Shown here: positions 29,677 to 40,115 of the stretch, piece after piece
Numbering within the stretch: position 1 is the stretch's first letter
How the letters are laid out: each line of letters starts with the position of its first letter
Source of the DNA: Gammaproteobacteria bacterium
GTDB taxonomy: Bacteria; Pseudomonadota; Gammaproteobacteria; Eutrophobiales; Eutrophobiaceae
DNA length: 64,000 bases
Direction of reading: 5' to 3'
NCBI GenBank assembly: GCA_965243205.1
Contig: CBDEUK010000002.1
Location: 800,001 to 864,000 of the forward strand
Position numbers and translations under genes: made by a program
Notes under the pieces: generated by a model
Database searches by the model: none
What the model saw: only the letters and a program-made list of their open reading frames with translations
What the model was told of the DNA's origin: nothing

Positions 29677-30894
29677 ATGAGCAAACAAAACATATCTAAA
29701 ATCGTCTTAGCCTATTCAGGTGGACTCGATACTTCTGTCATTCTCAAATGGCTACAAGAACAATACGACTGTGAAGTCGTCACATTTACCGCAGATATCG
29801 GTCAGGGAGAAGAAGTCGAACCAGCCCGAGCCAAAGCCGAAGCCCTTGGCGTAAAAGAAATTTATATTGAAGATCTGACCGAAGATTTTGTACGCAATTA
29901 TGTCTATCCAATGTTTCGCGCCAACACCATTTATGAAGGCGAATATTTACTCGGTACTTCCATTGCACGTCCTCTGATCGCTAGACGTTTAGTTGAGATT
30001 GCCGCTGAGACGGGTGCAGATGCCATATCACATGGCGCAACAGGTAAAGGCAACGACCAAGTTCGATTTGAATTAGGCGCTTACGCGTTAAATTCTGATA
30101 TCAAAGTCATCGCTCCTTGGCGCGAATGGGATTTGAATTCACGTGAAAAATTACTCAAATTCGCCGAAGATAACAGCATTCCTATCGAAGCCAAGCGTAA
30201 AGGTGGCTCCCCATACTCTATGGATGCCAATCTTCTACATATCTCATACGAAGGCGGCATCCTTGAAGATCCTTGGGCAGAACCTGAAGAATCGATGTGG
30301 CGCTGGACTACCTCTCCAGAAAATGCCCCTGATGAAGCTCAAGTTATTGAATTAACGTTTAAAAATGGTGATATCACGGCAATCGATGGCACTATGATGA
30401 CGCCAGCTCAAGTACTCGCAAAACTTAACCTCGTTGGTGGTAAGCATGGCATTGGGCGTTCCGATATCGTTGAAAACCGTTATGTAGGCATGAAATCCCG
30501 AGGTTGTTATGAAACGCCTGGCGGAACCATCATGTTGAAAGCACATCGAGCAATGGAATCTCTGACTCTAGACCGTGAAGTTGCTCATTTAAAAGATGAA
30601 TTAATGCCGCGTTATGCCAAATTAATCTATAACGGTTACTGGTGGAGCCCTGAACGCCTAATGCTACAAGCCGCAATCGATGATTCACAACGCACGGTTA
30701 ATGGGAACGTGAGACTCAAACTTTATAAAGGTTCGGTGTCAATAATCGGTCGACAATCTGACTCTCACAGCCTATTTAACGCCAACATAGCAACATTTGA
30801 AGACGATGCTGGAGCTTATGATCAGAGTGATGCAGAGGGTTTTATCAAGCTTAATGCCCTCAGGTTACGATTGAATAAAGATCCAGGTTATTAA
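29677..30894 (+). CDS. argG: Argininosuccinate synthase
   Basis: [32 protein letters not shown]. Confidence 0.98.
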   Translation: MSKQNISKIVLAYSGGLDTSVILKWLQEQYDCEVVTFTADIGQGEEVEPARAKAEALGVKEIYIEDLTEDFVRNYVYPMFRANTIYEGEYLLGTSIARPLIARRLVEIAAETGADAISHGATGKGNDQVRFELGAYALNSDIKVIAPWREWDLNSREKLLKFAEDNSIPIEAKRKGGSPYSMDANLLHISYEGGILEDPWAEPEESMWRWTTSPENAPDEAQVIELTFKNGDITAIDGTMMTPAQVLAKLNLVGGKHGIGRSDIVENRYVGMKSRGCYETPGGTIMLKAHRAMESLTLDREVAHLKDELMPRYAKLIYNGYWWSPERLMLQAAIDDSQRTVNGNVRLKLYKGSVSIIGRQSDSHSLFNANIATFEDDAGAYDQSDAEGFIKLNALRLRLNKDPGY

Positions 30895-31093
30895 ACACTT
30901 ATAGGGCTAATTTTGTGAATATGTTTACATTATTAGCCCATTTCCTTGCTTGCTAAGACACCCACCTACTTCTAGTCTTATCACGATGGTCTAAGTTTTG
31001 CAGTTTTATTATTGCTCGCACAGCGAAATTTAAACCAGAAACTCGTATTTATTATAAGAATAGCCGAAAAGCTGATGAAGACGGTTTTTCGGA

Positions 31094-33604
31094 GTGGATT
31101 TATCGATGGAAAAGCAAGTTAAAAGTCATTTGGACGATGACGATTTTGGTATAGAAAGTGCCAATTTTGACGTCACGTCTGAAAATATCGTTTTAAGTAA
31201 CGATGAGATTTACAAAAGCAATCATTCATTTGAGCAAGCGCCAACTGGTATCTGCATAAACTTGATTGGAGCTGTGTTATTGACCATATGGCTATGGCAA
31301 ACCGTTCCAGAATTCGTTTTGATCCCTTGGTTATTTTTCATAACGACCAATACATTTATTCATTTTTCGATAATTAATCAATATAGAAAATCGATAAATC
31401 GTTCCAGAGTTAAAAAAAGCTGGGCTTTTTATAATGGTTTTTTATTTAGTATCTATGCTATTGCCTGGGGTATTGGATATCACTTCATATTTCCTCATTT
31501 AGACTCTAACCAACAAATTTTTCTATACTATTTGTCTGGGATATATTTGCTGTCGTTAATTCCAGTTTTATCATCGACCCATAAAGCTTATCTATGTGTT
31601 ATCGTAGGTTTTGCCGTTCCATTATTAGCTTTAGCATTTGAATATTCAGAGTCTGATGCCTTTATAACAAGTGGCCTTATTTTATTCACTGGTATTGCCT
31701 TAGCTTTTATTTCTAAAAAATATCAAAATACGATTAACCAATCGTATTCGTTGGCAATGGATATCAAACACACCAGTGAAAAAATGCACCTTGAACATAT
31801 GGAGAAGTTCAGTCAAGCGTACAAAAAGAATATTACAAAACATAAAACTGAAACCAAACGTGTTATCGAAGAAAAAGATCATGTTGTTAAAACATTAACC
31901 AGTATTGGTGAAGCTATTTTAACCACAGATGCTAAAGGTAAGATTACCTATATCAACCCTGTAGCCGAGGTGTATCTCGGTTGGCAAAAACAACATGCCA
32001 TAGGACAACACATCGACCTTATTCTTAATATCTTTGAAGAATCAAGTAATAAAAAGATACATTCTATTTTTGAACGCTGTGTTAATTCTTACAGTACGAT
32101 AACAGGCACAAACCAAACCAAACTCTTGCGTAAAGATAAAGTTGAATACTATATCGATTATAGTATCAGTCCGATTATGGATAGTGCGCATGATATTGTT
32201 GGTGCTGTAATGGTTTTTAGAGACGTAACGGAAGAACGTGGTAGAGAAAAAGTCTTAGCCTGGCAAGCCAATCATGACCAACTAACTGGTTTGATTAATC
32301 GACGTGAATTTGAAAATCGATTAAATCGAATTATCCGTTCAAAAGATAAATCAAGACAACATGCGCTTTGTTATATCGATTTGGATCATTTCAAAATTGT
32401 AAATGATTCATGTGGTCATAACGCAGGCGATGAATTGCTCAAACAAATCGCCCAATGTTTAAAAAACAAAACACGTGACACAGACACATTAGCACGATTA
32501 GGAGGCGATGAATTCGGACTAATACTTTATAGCTGTAGTTTAAAAAAAGCAGAATTACTCGCTGAAGTTGTAAGAAAAGAAGTAGAGAAAATTGATTTTT
32601 ATTGGGATAACAAACTCTATAAAGTAAGCGCAAGTATTGGTGTTATTGCGATTACTGATCAGTTCACTAATTTAGAAGATATATTACGTTCTGCTGATAG
32701 CGCATGTTATAACGCAAAAGGTAAAGGCAGAAACAAAGTTAACATCCTTGATCTGACTGATGAATTCATTAGAGACAATCGATCTTCCACAGAAAATTTA
32801 GACTCTATACAGTCTTGTTTAAATAGAGAATCTTTTCAATTACATCATCAAGTTATTGAATCAATTGAAACGGGAGAAAAAACTCATTGCGAATTACTTG
32901 TCCGTGCTGAAAAAATGAATGGTAACATTGTATTACCTGAAGAGTTAATCCCTGTAGCCAAACGTTATCATTTAATGTCAAGCATTGACAGATGGGTAGT
33001 TCGTAACAGTTTTGAGTTTATAACTATAGAAGATAAAGAAATTAACCCGTATTCTATTATTAGTATTAATATCTCTGAACAATCTATTAATGATAATTCA
33101 TTTTTAGATTATTTATTACTCAGCTATAATCATTATTCCTTATCATCCTCCGGAAAGAATCTGTGTATAGAAATACCAGAGAATTGTTTAATTGATCATT
33201 ATGAGCAAACTTCAAAATTTATTTATGAAATAAAACAACAAGGTTTTCTCGTTGCTATCGATGACTTCCATTCCGGTTTAAATAGTTTCAAAAAAATAGA
33301 ATCCGTCAACGTAGATTACATTAAATTTGATGGGCGTCTTTTATCTCCGATTGCCAGTAACAATCTTGAACATATAATACTTCAATCTATTATTGATATT
33401 AGTCATCATATCAATGCAAAAACGGTTGCTAAATATGTTGACAACCAAGAAAATCATGATGAGTTGAAAAAACTAGGAATAGACTATGTACAAGGTTATT
33501 TCATACATCAACCAACTTTATTACCTAAACCAACTAAAATAGATAAAGAGTTTGAAGAAGTATTCGGTAAAAGTGATGAATACGAAATTGCTCTAAGTGA
33601 ATAA
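31094..33604 (+). CDS. Membrane PAS-GGDEF-EAL protein (EAL degenerate)
   Basis: 5-6 TM, PAS, intact RxxD-GGDEF; EAL domain shows ELLVR, DDFHSG and AKYVD in place of AEGVE. Confidence 0.9.
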   Translation: MDLSMEKQVKSHLDDDDFGIESANFDVTSENIVLSNDEIYKSNHSFEQAPTGICINLIGAVLLTIWLWQTVPEFVLIPWLFFITTNTFIHFSIINQYRKSINRSRVKKSWAFYNGFLFSIYAIAWGIGYHFIFPHLDSNQQIFLYYLSGIYLLSLIPVLSSTHKAYLCVIVGFAVPLLALAFEYSESDAFITSGLILFTGIALAFISKKYQNTINQSYSLAMDIKHTSEKMHLEHMEKFSQAYKKNITKHKTETKRVIEEKDHVVKTLTSIGEAILTTDAKGKITYINPVAEVYLGWQKQHAIGQHIDLILNIFEESSNKKIHSIFERCVNSYSTITGTNQTKLLRKDKVEYYIDYSISPIMDSAHDIVGAVMVFRDVTEERGREKVLAWQANHDQLTGLINRREFENRLNRIIRSKDKSRQHALCYIDLDHFKIVNDSCGHNAGDELLKQIAQCLKNKTRDTDTLARLGGDEFGLILYSCSLKKAELLAEVVRKEVEKIDFYWDNKLYKVSASIGVIAITDQFTNLEDILRSADSACYNAKGKGRNKVNILDLTDEFIRDNRSSTENLDSIQSCLNRESFQLHHQVIESIETGEKTHCELLVRAEKMNGNIVLPEELIPVAKRYHLMSSIDRWVVRNSFEFITIEDKEINPYSIISINISEQSINDNSFLDYLLLSYNHYSLSSSGKNLCIEIPENCLIDHYEQTSKFIYEIKQQGFLVAIDDFHSGLNSFKKIESVNVDYIKFDGRLLSPIASNNLEHIILQSIIDISHHINAKTVAKYVDNQENHDELKKLGIDYVQGYFIHQPTLLPKPTKIDKEFEEVFGKSDEYEIALSE

Positions 33605-33641
33605 ATCAACTTAGAACAATTTCAATTATTATAATTATTGG

Positions 33642-34295
33642 CTAACTTCGAAAAACCTTACTCAACCAATAATCTAATGAGAAAAACCTTCCTGCACCTA
33701 GGAAAAATAATGCTAACAACATTAAGAAATATGTTGCAGCAAACTCAATACCGTTTTTCAAAACAGTGATAGAGCCATGCTCTGTTAACCACTGATAATT
33801 CCCGTGTTCTTTTAAAACCTCAATAGCTTTGGTCTTTCTTTTTTGTGCTTCTTCAATCTTATCAACACGCCATTCCCAAGGAGCGGTTAATTTAGATTCA
33901 GGTAACGCATGCCAACCATTATCCCAATGCGCAGTTGTTGCAGCTACAATCATAGTAACCATCAATGGGATCGAAATTAATCGAACCATGAAACCAAATA
34001 ACAAAAACCAACCGCCTAAAAATTCTGTCCAACCAGCCATAAATGCTAATAGGTTTGGAAAAGGCAAACCAAGACCCCAATCAGGATTACCAAACCAACC
34101 CACAACACTTGGTTTTGCTAAAAACATTTCAAAAAAACTCACATCAGCAACGCCTAATTGTAACTTCCCATAACCAGCATAGATAAAAATAGGTGCTAAA
34201 AAAATACGTAATAATAAAGGCGCAGTAAAGTCTAATGCCTTTAATCGATCTAAAATATCATATATAAAATTAAACAGACCGCTGATAATTCCCAT
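33642..34295 (-). CDS. DoxX-family membrane protein of the type associated with MNIO Cys-RiPP clusters (HvfX-like)
   Basis: LLLRIFLAP, WFGNPDWGLGLPFP, HWDNGW, NGIEFAATYF, SLDY. Confidence 0.85.
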   Translation of the reverse strand: MGIISGLFNFIYDILDRLKALDFTAPLLLRIFLAPIFIYAGYGKLQLGVADVSFFEMFLAKPSVVGWFGNPDWGLGLPFPNLLAFMAGWTEFLGGWFLLFGFMVRLISIPLMVTMIVAATTAHWDNGWHALPESKLTAPWEWRVDKIEEAQKRKTKAIEVLKEHGNYQWLTEHGSITVLKNGIEFAATYFLMLLALFFLGAGRFFSLDYWLSKVFRS

Positions 34296-34315
34296 GATAA
34301 TTCCCCCTCTAGTTA

Positions 34316-35827
34316 TTATATCGAAGTAGTTTTGTTTAATGTTTGAGGATAAAGTTCATTTAATGGTACCGATAAACCATTTTGCATGACAACTCTTGCA
34401 TGAAAACGTTTTAACTCTCTAGGCGCTTTAACACCACATGAATGCGCTATAATTCCAACTTCTTTACTCATATTTTTCGCGTAATTCATAACTCGAATCG
34501 CTTTATCTTCTGGGTCTAAACCTTTTTGTAATTTTTTATTATGCGTTGTGATTCCAGTCGGGCATGTATTCTTATTACATTGCAGTGCTTGAATACAACC
34601 TAATGCAAACATAAATCCTCTAGCAGAAGTAACTGCATCAGCACCAATACATAATGCCCAAGCAACGTCAGCTGGAGTCACTAATTTTCCTGAGCAAATA
34701 ACTTTTATACGATCACGTAATCCATATTCAGTCAGTTTATCAATTAATAACGGTAAACTCTCTTTTAAAGGTAAACCCATATCATCCATCAAAGGCATAG
34801 GTGCTGCACCTGTACCACCATCAGCACTGTCGACAGTAATAAAATCTGGAGCTGTTTCAATACCTCGCTTATTAATCTCAGAAAATAAATTATCTAACCA
34901 ACCATATGCACCTAACACGGCTTTAAAACCAATAGGTTTACCGGTAACAATTCGTATCCTATTTATCATATTTAATAAATCATCATTATTGTTAATATCA
35001 GGATGTCGGTTTGGACTAATGGCATCATCACCAGGATTGATTCCACGAATCTTGGCAATTTCTTCAGAAACTTTAGCACCGGGTAAAATACCTCCTTTCC
35101 CAGGCTTTGCTCCTTGACTTAATTTGATCTCAAACATTTTCACTTGTTCATAATTAGCCACTTCTCGTAACTTATCATCATTCAAATTACCTTCGAGATC
35201 ACGTACCCCATTTTTTGCTGTTCCTATTTGAAACACGATATCAGCACCGCCTTCAAGATGATAAGGTGATAAACCACCTTCGCCAGTATTCATCCAACAC
35301 TGTGCCATTCTTGCGCCATTTGAAAGAGCTAATACAGCAGGTTTAGAAATAGCACCATAGCTCATACCTGATATATTAAAAATAGATGCTGCGGTATAAG
35401 GTTGTTTGCAATATGGCCCATAAGTTATGGGTTCAGGTTCTACGGCATCTTGACCTAGAGTAGGAAAGGGACAATTTACAAATAAAACTGTGCCTGGCGA
35501 TCGTAAATCTCGTGAAGAGCCGAATGCAATCGTATTATCAATATTTTTTGCTGCACGATAAGCCCATGTTCGTTGGGCTCGGTTAAATGGCATTTCCTCC
35601 CTATCCATAGCAAAAAAGTATTGGCGAAAAAATTCTCCGATATGTTCGAAGAAATAACGCATATGACCAATGACAGGATAATTACGACGAATTGCGTGTT
35701 TGGTCTGCGTAACATCCAATATATAAATAACAATAATGGCTAATACAGCCAGACCAATACAGAAAATAAATATTGTCGCTATGACTTCTAAGGAAGTCAT
35801 TAGAAAAGATGGAAGTTGTTCTATCAT
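34316..35827 (-). CDS. FMN-binding glutamate synthase family protein (membrane-anchored)
   Basis: SGMSYGA, NTGEGG, EIKLSQGAKPGKGG, GCIQALQCNKNTCPTG. Confidence 0.92.
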   Translation of the reverse strand: MIEQLPSFLMTSLEVIATIFIFCIGLAVLAIIVIYILDVTQTKHAIRRNYPVIGHMRYFFEHIGEFFRQYFFAMDREEMPFNRAQRTWAYRAAKNIDNTIAFGSSRDLRSPGTVLFVNCPFPTLGQDAVEPEPITYGPYCKQPYTAASIFNISGMSYGAISKPAVLALSNGARMAQCWMNTGEGGLSPYHLEGGADIVFQIGTAKNGVRDLEGNLNDDKLREVANYEQVKMFEIKLSQGAKPGKGGILPGAKVSEEIAKIRGINPGDDAISPNRHPDINNNDDLLNMINRIRIVTGKPIGFKAVLGAYGWLDNLFSEINKRGIETAPDFITVDSADGGTGAAPMPLMDDMGLPLKESLPLLIDKLTEYGLRDRIKVICSGKLVTPADVAWALCIGADAVTSARGFMFALGCIQALQCNKNTCPTGITTHNKKLQKGLDPEDKAIRVMNYAKNMSKEVGIIAHSCGVKAPRELKRFHARVVMQNGLSVPLNELYPQTLNKTTSI

Positions 35828-35909
35828 TACATTGCCCCCTTATTATTTTTGTCTCAGACAGGACAATGCGGTGGATGTTCACCACATTAACTTTTATTAA
35901 TTAAGTTAA

Positions 35910-37349
35910 TTATAGGCTTTTTGATTTTATAACCGTTAGCTTATCAATTTGCATATCATGCATGGTATGAGGAATGCCTCCTACGCCTAGGCCTGATTGT
36001 TTCAATCCAGCAAACGGCATCCAATCAACACGAAAAGCAGTATGATCATTCACCATAACGGCTGCAGCGTCTAATTGTTTTACTACTGACATAATTTTAT
36101 CAATGTTCTTGGCAAATACCGAAGCTTGAAAAGCAAAAGGAAGTGAATTGGCCGAATCAATGGCATCATTCATATCACTGTAAGGATATACACAAACAAC
36201 TGGCCCGAAGATTTCATTTTGAGTCAGTTTACAATCCGCTGGTGGATCATAAACAACCGTACATTCATAACAAGAATCTGAGATTCTATTACCACCAGTA
36301 ATAAGTTTCGCACTTTCGTTTACTGCCTCATCTACCCATGATTCAACACGGTCGACTTCAGCAGGACGTATTAAAGGTCCTATCTCAGTCGCTTCTAACG
36401 TAGGATCACCAATTGAATAATTCTTAGCGATGTTTGCTAAACGATTTGCTAAATCTTCTGCAATGGATTCATGCGCATATATTCTTTGAACGGATACACA
36501 TACTTGACCTGCATGATAGAAACCACCTTTTGCTAATAACGGTAAAGCTTCATCTAAGTCAGCATCCTCCGTAACAATAACAGGGGCAGCACCACCATGT
36601 TCTAAAGCACAACGAGTACCAGGGGCCAATTTCGAACGCAACATCCAACCCACTTTGGCACTACCTATGAATGTGAAAAATGCAACTCGCTCATCTGTCA
36701 CTAATTGAGTTGCAACATTGAGATCACTTACCGTCAATGCCTGACACCATTCTTCTGGTAAGCCAGCTTCCCGCAAGATTTCTACAAAACGAAAACAAGA
36801 CAATGGTGTATCTTCAGCAGGTTTTACAATAACAGGACAGCCCGTTGCGATTGCGGGAGCGACTTGATGTACGATTAAATTTAATGGATGGTTAAAGGCA
36901 CTTACCGCAACAACAACACCTATCGGTTCTTTGGTTGTAAATGCCATACGACCAGCTGAAGCCGCATTCAAACCCATTGGAATCTCTTCACCAGCACTGG
37001 TGCGCAAATGTTCTATACATAACTTAACACCATCAATTGCCCTGGCTACTTCAACTTTGGAATCAGGTAATGGCTTACCACCTTCACGTGCAGCTTCAAT
37101 AGCGAGTTCATCGAATTTAGCTTGCATAATGGCTGCGGTTTTTTCTAATACTTCGATGCGTCTTTCAGCAGGTAGCCAAGAATGTTTATCGCGAAATAAT
37201 TGATAGGCTGTGGCTAATGCAGACTCAACAGCATCACTCGAGGCAGTATCAACTGTCGCTATAAGTTGTTGATCATAAGGCGCAAACACCTCTATAACGC
37301 CATCAGATTGTTGTGAATTTGCCACCATCAATGGAAAATGCTGAGCCAT
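35910..37349 (-). CDS. NAD(P)-dependent aldehyde dehydrogenase
   Basis: AFNHP, FIGS, LEHGG, GQVCVS, EIFGP. Confidence 0.93.
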   Translation of the reverse strand: MAQHFPLMVANSQQSDGVIEVFAPYDQQLIATVDTASSDAVESALATAYQLFRDKHSWLPAERRIEVLEKTAAIMQAKFDELAIEAAREGGKPLPDSKVEVARAIDGVKLCIEHLRTSAGEEIPMGLNAASAGRMAFTTKEPIGVVVAVSAFNHPLNLIVHQVAPAIATGCPVIVKPAEDTPLSCFRFVEILREAGLPEEWCQALTVSDLNVATQLVTDERVAFFTFIGSAKVGWMLRSKLAPGTRCALEHGGAAPVIVTEDADLDEALPLLAKGGFYHAGQVCVSVQRIYAHESIAEDLANRLANIAKNYSIGDPTLEATEIGPLIRPAEVDRVESWVDEAVNESAKLITGGNRISDSCYECTVVYDPPADCKLTQNEIFGPVVCVYPYSDMNDAIDSANSLPFAFQASVFAKNIDKIMSVVKQLDAAAVMVNDHTAFRVDWMPFAGLKQSGLGVGGIPHTMHDMQIDKLTVIKSKSL

Positions 37350-37573
37350 AATAAATACCTTTATTTTGTATTGTAGTAAGCAATAGCACAGACGATGCCA
37401 ATTACCAGCTAATTTGAATTCAGAACTAGCTTTGGAATACTAGGAATATTTCCAGGTGTGTAAATAGAAGAATTCCCTATCATGTATTTATTAGATTTGT
37501 GAACATACTATCCGTAGTTAAATCACTAGCTATAAGTTTTTAAACCCCATATTAAAAACTTCTTCCTCTAACG

Positions 37574-37609
37574 AAGCCGGGCAGAGCGATAACGCCCTGC
37601 CCGGTTTTT
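37574..37609. terminator. GC-rich terminator-like hairpin downstream of the PepSY gene
   Basis: GCCGGGCAG-AGCG-ATAA-CGCC-CTGCCCGGT followed by TTTT. Confidence 0.7.
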
Positions 37610-37633
37610 ACTAATGATAAACGAATATAATAT

Positions 37634-38182
37634 CTATTCGTCTTCTGGACCAATCTCGTAGATTTCAATATTAGCTTCTTCAATTTCACCAGTAGAAGCA
37701 TCGACATCGACTTTTACTTCATAACCCAGATCAGTTTGGATATCGAACTCATACGTAGCATCACCATCAAAGCCAATCTCATACTCACTTGAAGTTACTT
37801 TGCCAGGATGAATCGCTAGAGCAAACTCTCTCGCTTCTTGTTCGCTAACTTTAGCCAATTTTTTGAAAGTTGGGTCATTTGCATCAACTTCACGCTCAAC
37901 CTCTGTAATGAATCCTTCTTCAGCATTACATTCAACATTATAGGTAGTGCCCTTTGCTTCGATGTCGAATTCATATACTGGGTCATCTCCTTCCATTTTC
38001 ATTTCCAGTTTGCGTGGATGTCCAGGAATTAAGTCAATAGCAGCATCCAAGCAAGTTTCAACCGAAACAATATCCCAATTACGAAGATCATCTAAATCTT
38101 GTGTATCGCTATGACCATCTGCTAGGGCGCTATTTGCCAATAAAACTGACGCAGTCAATACGAATGCTTTATGAAATTTCAT
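37634..38182 (-). CDS. Secreted acidic PepSY-domain protein
   Basis: Likely start MKFHKAF (GAGG RBS), signal peptide, two YEFDI...V..DA..G PepSY repeats. Confidence 0.85.
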   Translation of the reverse strand: MKFHKAFVLTASVLLANSALADGHSDTQDLDDLRNWDIVSVETCLDAAIDLIPGHPRKLEMKMEGDDPVYEFDIEAKGTTYNVECNAEEGFITEVEREVDANDPTFKKLAKVSEQEAREFALAIHPGKVTSSEYEIGFDGDATYEFDIQTDLGYEVKVDVDASTGEIEEANIEIYEIGPEDE

Positions 38183-38384
38183 GTAAAAATACCTCTTAAT
38201 TATTTGGTGCAAACCTTTAAAATTGATTGTAGACGCTCAAAAACCCAAAATAAAGGAAATTTTCCTATTTTTTTTGCGATGCGATTAATGATAGCTCGAA
38301 ATGAATATTTCAGATTATTAGCAGGATTTATTCCTTATCTATTGCTACTCGGACTTTTCAATAGAGCTATTTGGTAGAGTTGCC

Positions 38385-38456
38385 GTACAGGCAGTTGGCT
38401 TGATCTTCGATGGGCTTATCGCAAACCGGCTTGTTGAAGTCGCCGATTGCCTGTAC
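38385..38456 (+). other. Long GC-rich intergenic hairpin, unknown function
   Basis: GTACAGGCAGTTGGC...GCCGATTGCCTGTAC outer stem with inner stems; mismatches become G-U pairs on the plus strand. Confidence 0.6.
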
Positions 38457-38485
38457 TTGAAATGAATGAAAATAATGGAATGTTT

Positions 38486-39238
38486 TTAACCCATAGTGCC
38501 TAAAAGAATTCCTTTTTCTAGCATTTGTTCCAAAGTTTGCCTACCACCTTGGATGACGACCTCAGGATTAGGATGCTGTAATTCCTCAGCAATTTGTTGC
38601 AATAAATCCAACCCTGTTTTATGGGTATTATTTACGATCAAATCGAGCAACCTAGCAGATACAGGATTCAACTCCATATAACCAACGACATCTTCTTCGT
38701 CACGATAAACAACTAAATAAGTGGGTTGCTCAGGAATAGCTTCTGGTTTATAGCTGGGACTAATATTCTGCACTGGAAATTGATATGACAATAAAGCCAT
38801 AACAGGATTAGCCTTTAATATCCCATGCTCAAAAGCACCGTCTGGTTCAATATTAGTAGTATCAATTTCTCGACTATCAAATTTCAGCGCCATGCCCATC
38901 CACTCATAGTGTGCTAATTCTGCTAAAAATGGATAATCATCCTTAGAAGTTCTTTCCGTTTGTAAATACTCAACAAACTCTTTGGGCATTTTAGGAAAGT
39001 ATGGGGTATGTGCTTGATGATGGATAAAATAATCCCGAATTAATGCTTCCCATTGCTCAGGACTGTGAATTTTATACAAAACAGGAAAGCTATTTTCCAT
39101 AAAACCCGAAATATTGCCAAATAACAAACGTCGATAGATTGCCAAGCGCCTATCTTCGATGCCATCTGGAGCAGGATTTGATATTGGGTCACGCATATGT
39201 TGCGTGAAAGTTTGCTGTACCTGACGAAAATCAACCAT
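38486..39238 (-). CDS. DUF2063 / HvfC-like MNIO partner protein
   Basis: Q..FT.HMRDP, RRLAIYRRL, FPVL, HTPYF, ELAHYEW. Confidence 0.9.
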   Translation of the reverse strand: MVDFRQVQQTFTQHMRDPISNPAPDGIEDRRLAIYRRLLFGNISGFMENSFPVLYKIHSPEQWEALIRDYFIHHQAHTPYFPKMPKEFVEYLQTERTSKDDYPFLAELAHYEWMGMALKFDSREIDTTNIEPDGAFEHGILKANPVMALLSYQFPVQNISPSYKPEAIPEQPTYLVVYRDEEDVVGYMELNPVSARLLDLIVNNTHKTGLDLLQQIAEELQHPNPEVVIQGGRQTLEQMLEKGILLGTMG

Positions 39239-40115
39239 GTGATGTGTGTTGAGCGTCAGGTAAATAGTTTGATTGGATATCTGAGATCTTTATTGCTTCT
39301 TGAACTAATTCTTCCAGTGGTGGAATATTAAAATCTCGTTCCAATAGCGTTGGGAACACACCAAAATGTTGATATGCCTTATCTAATAAGGCCCAAACTG
39401 GATCAATGACATCCGCTCCATGTGTATCAACACGTAAATCGATATCTTCTTCATGATGTCCAGCAATATGAGAATAAGCAATACGTTCACTAGGTAACGA
39501 TTTTAAGTAGTCTTCAGCATCGTAACGATGATTAATACTATTGACGTAGATATTATTAATATCGAGTAAGAGATTACAATCTGCTGTTTCTAATACAGCA
39601 TTAATAAATTCTATTTCAGTCATCTCTTGACCAGGTGCTGCGTAATAAGAAACATTTTCTACGGCGATTTTATCACCAATAATATCTTGGACTTGTTGGA
39701 TCCTCTCAGAAACATGTTTCACTGCTTCTTCTGTAAATGGAATAGGCATTAAATCATATAAATGTGCATCATCGGCACAGTAACTTAGATGTTCGCTATA
39801 ACAATGGATTTGATGATCTTGCATAAAGCCTTTCACGCGCTTAATGAACGCTTCATCTAGAGGAGCAAGCCCACCTAAATTGAGTGATAGCCCATGACAG
39901 ACCATCGGAATTTCTTGGGAAATCTTATTAAAGTGCTTTCCAAATTTACCGCCAACATCAATCCAATTTTCAGGTGCGACTTCCATAAAGTCGATACCTT
40001 GAGGAATTGACTCAGCAACCAATCTGGAAAATGCTCTCCTAAGACCCAGCCCGGTACCTAGTACCGGGCTGTTATCTAAAGGTCTAACAGAAGTCTTAAC
40101 TTCTAGTGGCCGCAT
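39231..40115 (-). CDS. Multinuclear non-heme iron oxidase (MNIO, DUF692), HvfB-like
   Basis: GLGLRR, EVAPENW, HGLSL, SEHLS, ENVSYY, DINNIYVN, HIAGH, DTHG, LLERD; likely start ATG 40115 overlapping the end of the precursor gene. Confidence 0.95.
   Translation of the reverse strand: MRPLEVKTSVRPLDNSPVLGTGLGLRRAFSRLVAESIPQGIDFMEVAPENWIDVGGKFGKHFNKISQEIPMVCHGLSLNLGGLAPLDEAFIKRVKGFMQDHQIHCYSEHLSYCADDAHLYDLMPIPFTEEAVKHVSERIQQVQDIIGDKIAVENVSYYAAPGQEMTEIEFINAVLETADCNLLLDINNIYVNSINHRYDAEDYLKSLPSERIAYSHIAGHHEEDIDLRVDTHGADVIDPVWALLDKAYQHFGVFPTLLERDFNIPPLEELVQEAIKISDIQSNYLPDAQHTSHG

Noticed and set aside
30904-30939. Imperfect inverted repeat after argG
   Set aside because: AT-rich, interrupted stem with a poor U-tract; too weak to call.
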